Positions 10,194 to 18,936 of a DNA stretch of 61,302 nt are shown one piece after another. The translations under genes were made by a program, and so were the position numbers. Within the stretch, counting starts at the first letter, position 1, and each line of letters begins with the position of its first letter. The notes under the pieces were generated by a model. The model searched no databases. It had not been told where the DNA came from and saw nothing but the letters and a program-made list of their open reading frames with translations. The DNA comes from Planctomycetales bacterium. GTDB lineage: Bacteria; Planctomycetota; Planctomycetia; Pirellulales; Pirellulaceae. The stretch is from the NCBI GenBank assembly GCA_020426595.1, contig JAGQPS010000002.1, positions 1 to 61,302 on the forward strand. The letters run 5' to 3'.

Positions 10194-11501
10194 ATGGATG
10201 TAGTCGCCTTGATCGAACGGAAACGCGACGGCGGGGAACTAGAAGACTCCGAGATACGATCGCTCATCGAGTCATTCGCGCGGGACCAGATCCCCGATTA
10301 CCAAATGGCGGCCTGGGCCATGGCGGTCGTCTGTCGTGGAATGACGCCGCTAGAAACCGCGGCTCTCACGCGTGCCATGCGAGATAGCGGAGAGTGCCTG
10401 ACTTGGCCCGAGGATCCCCGACCACTCATCGATAAACACTCGACGGGCGGTATCGGAGACAAGGTCTCGTTACTGCTCGCGCCGCTACTCGCCGCTTGTG
10501 GAGCTCGCGTACCGATGATCTCGGGTCGAGGGCTAGGATCGACCGGTGGAACGCTCGACAAACTCGAGAGTTATCAGAATCTGCGGGTGGGGCTTTCGAC
10601 CCAGGAGTTTCAAGACCAAGTTCAATCGATCGGTTGCGCGATCGTCGCGGCTTCCGCGGAACTAGCCCCGGCCGACCGTCGACTCTACGCCCTAAGGGAT
10701 GTGACCGGGACCGTGCCGTCCGTTCCCTTGATCACCGCCAGCATCCTCTCCAAGAAACTCGCGGAGAACCCACGAACGCTCGTGCTCGACGTCAAGGTTG
10801 GGAGCGGAGCGTTCATGAAGGACCTGAGTCAGGCTCGTGAATTGGCCCAGTCGCTTGTTCGCACCGCGACACGATTGGGCACGTCGGCGATGGCTTGGAT
10901 CACCGACATGAACCAACCTCTGGGCCGCATGGTCGGCAATGCTTGTGAAGTGATCGAGTCACGAGAACTACTGCGAACACCCGATTACGAATCTCCGCTG
11001 TGTCAGTTGGTCGTCGCCTTGGCGGCCGAGGGGCTCGTGGCGGCCGGTGCCGAGGCCAATGTCGAAGTCGCGACCGAGCGAGTGAAGCGGCAATGGGACC
11101 AGGGCGACGCCTACGAGTGCTTCGCCAGGATGATCGCGGCTCAAGGCGGAGCCCCCGAACAACCCTTGTCGCTCGCCCCATCGCATGTCCTTGTCGCCCC
11201 CGTGCGCGGCTGGGTCGAGTACATCAACGGCGAGCTACTCGGCCGGCTCGTGATCGCGATCGGTGGAGGCCGGCAACAGCTGGGAGATTCCGTGGACCAC
11301 GGGGTCGGACTCCAAATGCACGTGGGTCTGGGCAGCCAAGTGGAACCGGGGCAACCACTGCTGACCGTGTTCAGCCGCGAGCCGTTGAGTGAATCGCTAG
11401 AGACCTTGGCTCAAAGTGCTTTTCACTATGGAGACATGCCCAGTGCGATTGGCCCTTTGTTCTTGGAACGCATCGATCATTCGTCCGCCAGTTCCCTTTG
11501 A
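10194..11501 (+). CDS. deoA: Thymidine (pyrimidine-nucleoside) phosphorylase
   Basis: MDVVALIERKRDGGEL...YQMAAWAMAV...DKHSTGGIGDKVSL...ISGRGLGSTGGTLDKLES are the hallmark motifs of the family. The 435-aa length fits. Confidence 0.9.
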   Translation: MDVVALIERKRDGGELEDSEIRSLIESFARDQIPDYQMAAWAMAVVCRGMTPLETAALTRAMRDSGECLTWPEDPRPLIDKHSTGGIGDKVSLLLAPLLAACGARVPMISGRGLGSTGGTLDKLESYQNLRVGLSTQEFQDQVQSIGCAIVAASAELAPADRRLYALRDVTGTVPSVPLITASILSKKLAENPRTLVLDVKVGSGAFMKDLSQARELAQSLVRTATRLGTSAMAWITDMNQPLGRMVGNACEVIESRELLRTPDYESPLCQLVVALAAEGLVAAGAEANVEVATERVKRQWDQGDAYECFARMIAAQGGAPEQPLSLAPSHVLVAPVRGWVEYINGELLGRLVIAIGGGRQQLGDSVDHGVGLQMHVGLGSQVEPGQPLLTVFSREPLSESLETLAQSAFHYGDMPSAIGPLFLERIDHSSASSL

Positions 11502-11577
11502 CTGGATCAACTGACGAAGCGTTTGCGCGTCATCGCGTTTGCTCGCTTCGTCGACCTCGAGATCCTGGAACCTGTCC

Positions 11578-12039
11578 ATGTCCGACCAGCCTCCCGACGC
11601 ACTCGATCACCAAGGTCGGCGCATTGGAATGATCGCGGTCATCCAGCGGAATAACCGCCTGCTGACCATTCGACGCGCCGCCTCGGTGCGCAAGCCGGGT
11701 AAGGTCTGCTTTCCGGGCGGCGGACTCTGGCGGGGCGAGGAGGAAGAAGCGGCGGTGCGGCGCGAGGTCAAGGAAGAACTTGGCCTGACCGTCCGGCCGA
11801 TCGCATGCCTCGATCGAAGCGTGTCTCCCTGGGGCACGAGCTTGCGATGGTACTTGTGCCAACTCGTTGGGCGACCGTATTTGGAGCTCAAGACACACGA
11901 GGTCGCGGAGGTCTTTTGGTGCCACCCCGAAACGCTGCTCAATCATCCCGATCTTCTCGAAAGCAACGCGCCATTTCTCGAACGATGGCTACGAGGCGAA
12001 TTTCGCGAATTCGTCGCGTCGCTGGAAACGGGTTCCTAG
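11578..12039 (+). CDS. NUDIX hydrolase
   Basis: Nudix box GGGLWRGEEEEAAVRREVKEELGL. The ATG at 11578 is preferred over the TTG at 11539. Confidence 0.8.
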   Translation: MSDQPPDALDHQGRRIGMIAVIQRNNRLLTIRRAASVRKPGKVCFPGGGLWRGEEEEAAVRREVKEELGLTVRPIACLDRSVSPWGTSLRWYLCQLVGRPYLELKTHEVAEVFWCHPETLLNHPDLLESNAPFLERWLRGEFREFVASLETGS

Positions 12040-12127
12040 GAAGCCACCACCGAGCGTGGTAGCGCGAGCCATCTCACTTAAGAGCCATCTGACCCAAAGT
12101 CGGGCAACGGAATTGGCGATCCCGCGG

Positions 12128-13528
12128 TTAGCGAGGTTCGCCAGGAGTCGTCGGGCGAGGCGTGATGGGCATGTCGAGACGACGGGGCGAGAAGGCGGGC
12201 CGCGCACCAGAGGGATCGGTGGCGGGCTCTTGAACCGGTTCTTCGCGGGGCAATTCGCTTTGAGGCGGAAGCGCCAGACCGCCGCGTCGCAACTGCTCTC
12301 GCAACTCCCGGTATTGATTGAAGACACGTGGGTCGTAGGGGTCGTCCGCCGAGCCTCCCGCGGGGCTTCCCGTCGCCTCGGCATCGGGGCGGTAGGAAGC
12401 TTGGCGAATTCCACCGTCCGCATTGGGCCCGCCGGTTTCCACGAGCCTTTGTCGCTCGAGTCGCCTCACCCATTCCAGCCACGCTCGCAGTTCACTCGTC
12501 TTCGATTCGTCCTGTCGCCAGGCTCGTTCTCGACTACCGCCGTGACTTCTCATCGCCCAGTCAACGAGCGACTCGCCTTCCTCGGCCTGCAGCGCCCAAC
12601 GCTGAACTTCGCGGTAGTTCGCTTCGCTCATCCGGCGCGTCGGAGTCGCTCCTAGCTCGAGTCGCTCAAGGTGAAACCCCTCGACGCCCTGGGGACCATG
12701 GCATCGCGCGGCCGCGCAACCCACCAGCAACGGCGGTTGGATCCGTACGACGAAAGCACCAAACGCTTCCGAGTCGATCGAGACGAACTGCTCCGGCTCG
12801 GCATCGTCTTGGCGAGTCGCGGAAGTGTTCGTGGCGTGGGTGGAATCGACCGTGCCGGCGGGCGATGGGGTCGCTCCGGCGGATGCTTCCTCGCGTTCAT
12901 GCCGAGTCAACGCGAGTCGCTCGGTCGCTTCCAGAATCTGTCGCAATTGTCCGATCGTCGCGGCATCCGCTCCGTCTTGCTCGAGCCATTCGAGTTCCTT
13001 GCGGGCTTCCTCGAATCGTTCGTGCTTCATGCACAACCGGACGATCTTGAATCGTTGACTGACTTGCTCGCGTCCCGTGCGCGCATGCAGTTGTTCGAGC
13101 AGGTGATCGAAGTTTTCCGCGACGATGTCGACTTGATGGACCTCGAGGCGAATGATCGAGCCACGTCCCGAACGAACGGTCCAAAGATCGGGTTCTCGAG
13201 TCGCTTGTCCGTGAAGGACCATGCCCGTGTTGAGCAGTACAAGCTGCTCGTCGTCTTGTCGCGGTTGCCGCGCCGCGGCCGAAGATGTCGTGCCGGTCGG
13301 TTCCTGGGCCCACGCCTGCTGGCTCGGCGCCAACAGAAGACCAAAACCAAGAGCCCAAAAGAATGCGGTCGAAACTAGGAAGGGCCAACCGTATTCGAGC
13401 AGCCGCCACGGTCGCTCGGGCTTCGGACCGCCGTGCCCATGTTCACACTCTTGGCGCGGCGACGCGGGGACGAAACCACGGTGAGTGGCCGCGCGAGTGG
13501 CGAACGAATTGGCACGGAGGGAGTCCAT
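12128..13528 (-). CDS. Hypothetical secreted or membrane-anchored protein with a PSCyt1-like C-x4-CH motif
   Basis: There is a hydrophobic N-terminal segment (WPFLVSTAFFWALGFGLLLAPSQQAWAQEP). The internal motif is IQPPLLVGCAAARCHGPQGVEGFHLE and the C-terminus is Pro-rich. The ORF extends to 13624. Confidence 0.55.
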   Translation of the reverse strand: MDSLRANSFATRAATHRGFVPASPRQECEHGHGGPKPERPWRLLEYGWPFLVSTAFFWALGFGLLLAPSQQAWAQEPTGTTSSAAARQPRQDDEQLVLLNTGMVLHGQATREPDLWTVRSGRGSIIRLEVHQVDIVAENFDHLLEQLHARTGREQVSQRFKIVRLCMKHERFEEARKELEWLEQDGADAATIGQLRQILEATERLALTRHEREEASAGATPSPAGTVDSTHATNTSATRQDDAEPEQFVSIDSEAFGAFVVRIQPPLLVGCAAARCHGPQGVEGFHLERLELGATPTRRMSEANYREVQRWALQAEEGESLVDWAMRSHGGSRERAWRQDESKTSELRAWLEWVRRLERQRLVETGGPNADGGIRQASYRPDAEATGSPAGGSADDPYDPRVFNQYRELREQLRRGGLALPPQSELPREEPVQEPATDPSGARPAFSPRRLDMPITPRPTTPGEPR

Positions 13529-13698
13529 AGGGTGGGGACAGTAGCAACGAGGGACGAATCGGGTCAAGCCGAGTTTCGCACGGACAAAAATCCCCCTTCT
13601 TGTCGTGAACTCCCCGCGGGGCACGCCAGCGTCCCCCGAGCCGTCGATTGCCCGCTAACATGGTCGCTGGTCCCTTGAAACCCCGACGAGAAACAGCG

Positions 13699-14649
13699 AT
13701 GACAACCGCCGAATCACTGCCTTGGGTACTGGCCGATCAAGCCGACGAGCAAGTCCGCGAGTTCCTCGACGGCCAAGTCCGATGGGTGGCTTGGGATGAA
13801 TCGAATCGCGAGATCCTTGACCGAGTCACCGGCATCTACACCTATGGACACCCGACCGTCGATGGCAGGCTGATGGACCGAGTCCCAGGGGTGCGAGTCA
13901 TCTCCAACTACGGCGTGGGCGTCGATCACATCGACTTGGACGCCGCGCGCGAACGACAACTTCCGGTTGGAAACACGCCTGGGATATTGGATGGCGCGAC
14001 GGCCGACCAAGCCTGGACGTTGCTCCTCGCCGCCGCGCGTCGGCTGGTCGTGGGAGATCACTTCGCCCGAGGTGAAGGCTTTGATCGTTATGACCCCAGT
14101 CGGCTGTGGGGCACCGAGGTGCATGGGAGTAGGCTGGGGATCATCGGCATGGGGCGTATCGGCCGCGAGATCGCCAAGCGGGCCGTTGGCTTTTCCATGG
14201 AGTTGCTCTACCACAATCGCAATCCTCTCGGGCCCGGCATCGAATCGTATGGAGCCGTTTGGGTCGAGCTGGATGAGCTGCTCAAGCGGTCCGACTTTGT
14301 CGTGTTGGCTTGTCCGCTGACCGAGGCGACGCGGAATTTAATTGGCGCGGGTGAATTGGGACTGATGCCGGCCCATGCCATCCTGGTCAACATCGCGCGT
14401 GGAGGCGTCGTCGACACCGAGGCACTGACGGTCGCTCTCGAGACTGGCCAGATCGCGGCGGCGGGGTTGGATGTCACCGAACCGGAGCCGCTGCCGCGCG
14501 ACCATCGCCTGCTGCGATTGGAACAGGTCACCATCGCACCGCATCTAGGCAGCGCGACGAGCCGCACGAGACGTTTGATGGCGATGCGCAGCGCGGAGAA
14601 CCTCCTGCTGGGACTCCGGGGCGAACCGCTATGGCATCGTATCGTCTAA
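13699..14649 (+). CDS. D-isomer-specific 2-hydroxyacid dehydrogenase (glyoxylate/hydroxypyruvate reductase-like)
   Basis: NAD-binding motif GIIGMGRIGREIAKRA. Catalytic-region motifs are LVNIARGGVVD and PHLGSAT. Confidence 0.88.
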   Translation: MTTAESLPWVLADQADEQVREFLDGQVRWVAWDESNREILDRVTGIYTYGHPTVDGRLMDRVPGVRVISNYGVGVDHIDLDAARERQLPVGNTPGILDGATADQAWTLLLAAARRLVVGDHFARGEGFDRYDPSRLWGTEVHGSRLGIIGMGRIGREIAKRAVGFSMELLYHNRNPLGPGIESYGAVWVELDELLKRSDFVVLACPLTEATRNLIGAGELGLMPAHAILVNIARGGVVDTEALTVALETGQIAAAGLDVTEPEPLPRDHRLLRLEQVTIAPHLGSATSRTRRLMAMRSAENLLLGLRGEPLWHRIV

Positions 14650-14737
14650 AGGAAACCGCCTCGAAGAAACTGGTTGACCTCGACGCGGTTGCTTGAGAAT
14701 CGTCGCGCATGAATCACTAGGCCAAAGAGACGCTGTG

Positions 14738-15211
14738 ATGGACCCACGCCGTGTCCGCATCTGTGATTCGGCCGATGTAGCGGACTTGGCCGGGATCATG
14801 TTCGAGGCGGTTCGCCATGGACCGAGCCTGTACACCGAGGAGCAGCGCGCCGCCTGGGTCCCCGAGCGACGATCGGGGCCCGCCTGGGAGCAGCGATTGG
14901 CCGGTCAGTTCGTGTACGGAGTCGAGGATAGTGGGCGACTGGTCGGCTTCATGTCGCTCGAACCACAAGGCTACATCGACTTCGCCTATGTCCATCCGGC
15001 GGCTCAAGGGACCGGGGCCTTTCGGCTGCTTTATCAGGCGATCGAGGCCCGCGCGACCGAACTGAAACTCGATCGCCTCTGGGTTCACGCGAGTCTGATG
15101 GCCCGCCCCGCCTTCGCCTCCGTTGGCTTCGCGATCACGGAGGAACAAATCGTCGAAGTCGGAGGGGAATCGTTGCGTCGATTCGAGATGGAGAAGCGTT
15201 TGGAGGCTTGA
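14738..15211 (+). CDS. GNAT family N-acetyltransferase
   Basis: The ~157-aa size fits. The acetyl-CoA-binding-like motif is VHPAAQGTGAFRLLYQAIEARA. Confidence 0.8.
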   Translation: MDPRRVRICDSADVADLAGIMFEAVRHGPSLYTEEQRAAWVPERRSGPAWEQRLAGQFVYGVEDSGRLVGFMSLEPQGYIDFAYVHPAAQGTGAFRLLYQAIEARATELKLDRLWVHASLMARPAFASVGFAITEEQIVEVGGESLRRFEMEKRLEA

Positions 15212-15237
15212 CCGCGAACCCCGGACGGGGCGAGGTA

Positions 15238-16305
15238 CTACCGCACGGTGGACTCGAGTTCCGCCAACGTGCCGTATTCGTCGAGCACGACCATGCGCAC
15301 GCGAGCGCCGGGGTGCAAGATCCAGTGGTCGTCATTGGTTCGATTGCGAATGGTCGCGCGCACCGGAATGTACTTGCCCGCGACTTCGCGGAGTCCTTCC
15401 CAGGTGATGACCCCGTCGAACCGCTCGATTTCGCCTCGTGCCCGTTCGTGTTCGACGATCACGCGACGCATGTAGATTTCCTCGCGATTGAATAGCGTAT
15501 TGTCGAGCGTCCCTTCGACTCGTAGCCATTCCATGTTCACGAGTTTGATGAGTGGATCGCCGTCCGAAACCCATTCGCCTTCGTGCTTGATGATCTCGAC
15601 GACGTTGCCCGACGCGGGCGCGATCACCCTATGCAAGTCGACTTGTTGCTGGGCGTCCTCGACTTCCAGTTCCGACACTTGCAGACGCTTCTGGGCGAGT
15701 TCGTACTGCTTTTGTCGATTGGCTAACTTGAGTTCGGCCTGGGTCTTCTCCAACTCGGCGACTTCCAGGTCGACGTCGGTCTTGATGTTCTCACGATGCA
15801 ACTCTTGGGCGCGCTCGTAGTTGGCGGTGGCGAGCGCGAGCGTCGCCTCGGCTTCCTTGACGGCCGAGTTGTCGGCTGCCTCGAGCGTCGCGGCCTCGAG
15901 TCGAGCCTGGGCGAGCCGCACGGCGATTTGTGCCTTCGAGTCGTCGATTCGCGCGATGAGCGTTTGCTCGGCGATCATGTTGTTTTGTTGGACGTAGATC
16001 TGTGCGATCCGCCCGGTCACGGGAGTCGGCACCAAGACTTCTTGGTCGGGAAACACGGTCGCGCTTTCGACGACAATCCCCCGCGGATCACGCGTTGGAT
16101 CTCCGGCGGCTTGAGTACGCGGCAGGGACGCTTGATTGCCGCGACTTGTCGACTCGCCACTGTTGACCGAACGTGGTTCGTCTTGGGCCAACGAGAGCCC
16201 CGTGGATTGCGACCAAGCCACCAACGGGAGCCCCACGGCGGCCATTAAACCGCCGCCCAGCCATTGGCGTCGCGCCCATTGCCGAGTTCCGTCGTTCGCA
16301 CTCAT
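15238..16305 (-). CDS. HlyD-family periplasmic adaptor (membrane fusion protein)
   Basis: Tat-like N-terminus (RRQWLGGGLMAAVGL), a lipoyl-like hairpin (PVTGRIAQIYVQQNNMIAEQTLIARID), a long coiled coil, then APASGNVVEIIKHEGEWVSDGDPLIKL. It resembles the ORF at 57925..58833. Confidence 0.8.
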   Translation of the reverse strand: MSANDGTRQWARRQWLGGGLMAAVGLPLVAWSQSTGLSLAQDEPRSVNSGESTSRGNQASLPRTQAAGDPTRDPRGIVVESATVFPDQEVLVPTPVTGRIAQIYVQQNNMIAEQTLIARIDDSKAQIAVRLAQARLEAATLEAADNSAVKEAEATLALATANYERAQELHRENIKTDVDLEVAELEKTQAELKLANRQKQYELAQKRLQVSELEVEDAQQQVDLHRVIAPASGNVVEIIKHEGEWVSDGDPLIKLVNMEWLRVEGTLDNTLFNREEIYMRRVIVEHERARGEIERFDGVITWEGLREVAGKYIPVRATIRNRTNDDHWILHPGARVRMVVLDEYGTLAELESTVR

Positions 16306-16357
16306 GCAACCATCTCCGTCAATCAATCGCGGAATCAACTCCCGCGCTGGCCAGGAT

Positions 16358-18637
16358 TCAGCTCAACGGGAACAGCACTTGGCTCCGCAGCATCTGCCAG
16401 AAGTCGTTGAACAAGACGTAGGCGACGCTTCGTTGGCCCCCTTCGATCTTGGCGACGACTCGAGCACCAGCCACGCGCACTTCGGCTGGAATATCGTCGC
16501 GTTCGATCCGCACGCGCACCGCGATGGAATTGCCCTCGCCGCCTTGCACCGACGCGAAGCGATCGACCTCGACGATCGTGCCTTGGAAGACCTTGCCCGG
16601 AAGCGTGGCCAATTCAAAGCTCACGGTTAACTCGTCGCCGAGGTTCTCCTGCGCTTCGCGCAGTTCCCAAAGACGCTTCTCTGGGAGGTAGAGCTCCAGC
16701 TCCCAAGCCCCCGCGGGATTGACGAGCGTCAAGAGCTTTTGCCCTCGATCGACTCGCCGACGACGCAAGCGCTGAGTGATTTGATCATCGACAAGCGTTC
16801 CCGAAATCGGCGCGGTGACGGAAAGCAACTCGAGTTCCCGTCGCTTGCGGTCGAGCGTTCGTAGCAACGATGCGACTTCCGTTTGAGCCGCGGCTTGCTC
16901 GGCGTAAAGCTTGAGCTCGTCGCCTGGTGAGAGTTGCGCGGCGTTGCCCACCATCTGTTGCTTGATGCTCGTGATTTGTTGCTCGAGCTGGCGATGCCGA
17001 GTCTCGAGCGAACTGATTTCCTCGATCAACTGTTCGTTGGTGAGCTGAATCAAACGATCGCCGACAGCCACCTCACCTCCCGTGACGTCGATGATGTCGA
17101 CGGTGCCATCGATCGGTGAGTAAACGTCCTGGCGTTGACTTGGCGTGAGTTGTCCAGGCGTCTTGATGGAATAGGGGTACGGAATCACGAACAAACCGCC
17201 AATCACCGCCGCGACCGCCGCGAGCACCAACCCGACGGTCGAGAGGTTGCCGAAATGAAGCTCGCGCAGCCCTCGTCCGACGCGGCGCAGCGCGCGAGAG
17301 AATGGCACGGTTTCCAACTCGAGCGCGTTGGTCAGCGCCCGTTCCACATGGGCGGCGACAGCCGCGGCTCGTGGTCGATCGCGTTCGCTTCCGGCGCTCG
17401 TCAATCGTTCGAAGATCAAGCAGCCGTTGGGGTCGGGGTCGTCGGCCCGTTTTGATTCATCCTCCGCGCCCGTGGCGGGCGGGAATAACGGCACGATGCC
17501 GATCGACTTGGCGTGGGACAAATCAAGATATTCATGGAGCGGCGTTTCCAGCTGGGGAGGCAACTCCTGATCATCGCCGGTGTACCACAGCGGCTCGTTC
17601 ACTCGGCAAACGGACGCGACGAGTCGTGCGGCGGACTTGAGGTCGGCGCTGCGTCGCTCAATGCTGTCGAGGCCGCTCACCGCTCGAATTTGCCATCTTC
17701 CGCGGCGGCGAATGGCGATCGAGACCCGATCGACGCCAACGACATTTCTTCCCTCGTTGACGACGGCGAACAGCACCGACTCGAGTTCGAGATGCCGATG
17801 CACCTCGGCCGAGAACTGGTCGAGCCGTTCAAGCAACTCATGCCGCTCACGCAGTTCGCGATATTGGTGACTTTTGAGAAACGCGCTGGCATGCTCCGCC
17901 ATCTGCGCTAGAAAACGGAGGTAACCCCGTTGAGTCGCGGGGCCGCTTCCCGACCGTTGGAATACCTCCACCATGCCCACGACTTCATCGCCGACATGCA
18001 GGGGTGCCAAGACCAACACCGAATCGGTGGGGTTCACCAAACCGGTCTCGCCATGAGCTCCCGCGCGAGGTGGCACGAGTCCCGCCTCGCCACGTTCCAT
18101 GTGCCGTAGCAGAAGGCTTTGATGGCGAGAAAGATGAGCCGGGTCCGCTTCGATCAATTGGCTCGGGAGCTGAACCTGATAGGCAAGTTGCAGCCCGTCC
18201 TCGGGATCGTTGAGCCAAATGGCGGCTCCCTGCGACACCAAGGCTTGGGTGACTCGTGACAGAAAGCCTTCGTGAAACTCGATGAGCGATATTTCGGCTC
18301 GGGCGAGTGCGGCGATCTCCTGCGTCAATCGGCGGATCTGACGACGAGTCCGCTCGACCAAGTCATCCGCGTCAGCGCCAGAGTCCGCCGCGGATGTGCC
18401 TGTCGGAGCGGTTCCTGATGGAGTTCGCGGAAGTTGATCCGTGCGAGCTGGTTGACCGGGCCCCGTGCGCGAGCGAGTTTCCGGGGCACGCGTTCGCGAG
18501 CGCGGCGACGTGGGGTTTTCCGAGCCGGCCAGACTCGCATCCGCGCTCGCCGACCCTGGCGACCAAGGAATGGTCGGATCGGTGGCCCAGTTCGGTTCGC
18601 TGGGGAGTTCGGGATTCGGCGGAGGCGCGCTGGACAT
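16358..18637 (-). CDS. GAF-GAF-TM-HlyD-like protein, paralogue of 39105..41102
   Basis: A disordered Pro/Ser-rich N-terminus is followed by two GAF-like modules (...LAPLHVGDEVVGMVEVFQ... and ...VDRVSIAIRRRGRWQIRAVSG...). One TM helix (VGLVLAAVAAVIGGLFVIPYPY) precedes a HlyD-type hairpin, coiled coil and beta-barrel. The C-terminus is collinear with 39105..41102. The ORF extends to 18736. Confidence 0.75.
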   Translation of the reverse strand: MSSAPPPNPELPSEPNWATDPTIPWSPGSASADASLAGSENPTSPRSRTRAPETRSRTGPGQPARTDQLPRTPSGTAPTGTSAADSGADADDLVERTRRQIRRLTQEIAALARAEISLIEFHEGFLSRVTQALVSQGAAIWLNDPEDGLQLAYQVQLPSQLIEADPAHLSRHQSLLLRHMERGEAGLVPPRAGAHGETGLVNPTDSVLVLAPLHVGDEVVGMVEVFQRSGSGPATQRGYLRFLAQMAEHASAFLKSHQYRELRERHELLERLDQFSAEVHRHLELESVLFAVVNEGRNVVGVDRVSIAIRRRGRWQIRAVSGLDSIERRSADLKSAARLVASVCRVNEPLWYTGDDQELPPQLETPLHEYLDLSHAKSIGIVPLFPPATGAEDESKRADDPDPNGCLIFERLTSAGSERDRPRAAAVAAHVERALTNALELETVPFSRALRRVGRGLRELHFGNLSTVGLVLAAVAAVIGGLFVIPYPYSIKTPGQLTPSQRQDVYSPIDGTVDIIDVTGGEVAVGDRLIQLTNEQLIEEISSLETRHRQLEQQITSIKQQMVGNAAQLSPGDELKLYAEQAAAQTEVASLLRTLDRKRRELELLSVTAPISGTLVDDQITQRLRRRRVDRGQKLLTLVNPAGAWELELYLPEKRLWELREAQENLGDELTVSFELATLPGKVFQGTIVEVDRFASVQGGEGNSIAVRVRIERDDIPAEVRVAGARVVAKIEGGQRSVAYVLFNDFWQMLRSQVLFPLS

Positions 18638-18936
18638 GGCGGCGCAATCGCTTTGCAGTGACCGGTCAAAGAAACAGCGACCCCCTCGCGAAGGTCTAGG
18701 GGAGGGGACACTAGGGAAAATCGTCGACCAAGTCAAAGCCGATCGGGCCGGCTCCCGACCACGCTAGGGAGCTCCTCGACTGTCTAAGTCACGCCCCCCC
18801 ATCGTCACCAAGGACGACCTTAACAATTGAGAAAAGGCGGGGAGTTTCGGCGCTTTAAGCGAGTCGCGAATGACAAGCCTTGGCCTGACTTTTAGAATCG
18901 CTTGCGACGTCCCAGGCGGGCCTTGGCCTCCCTGGA

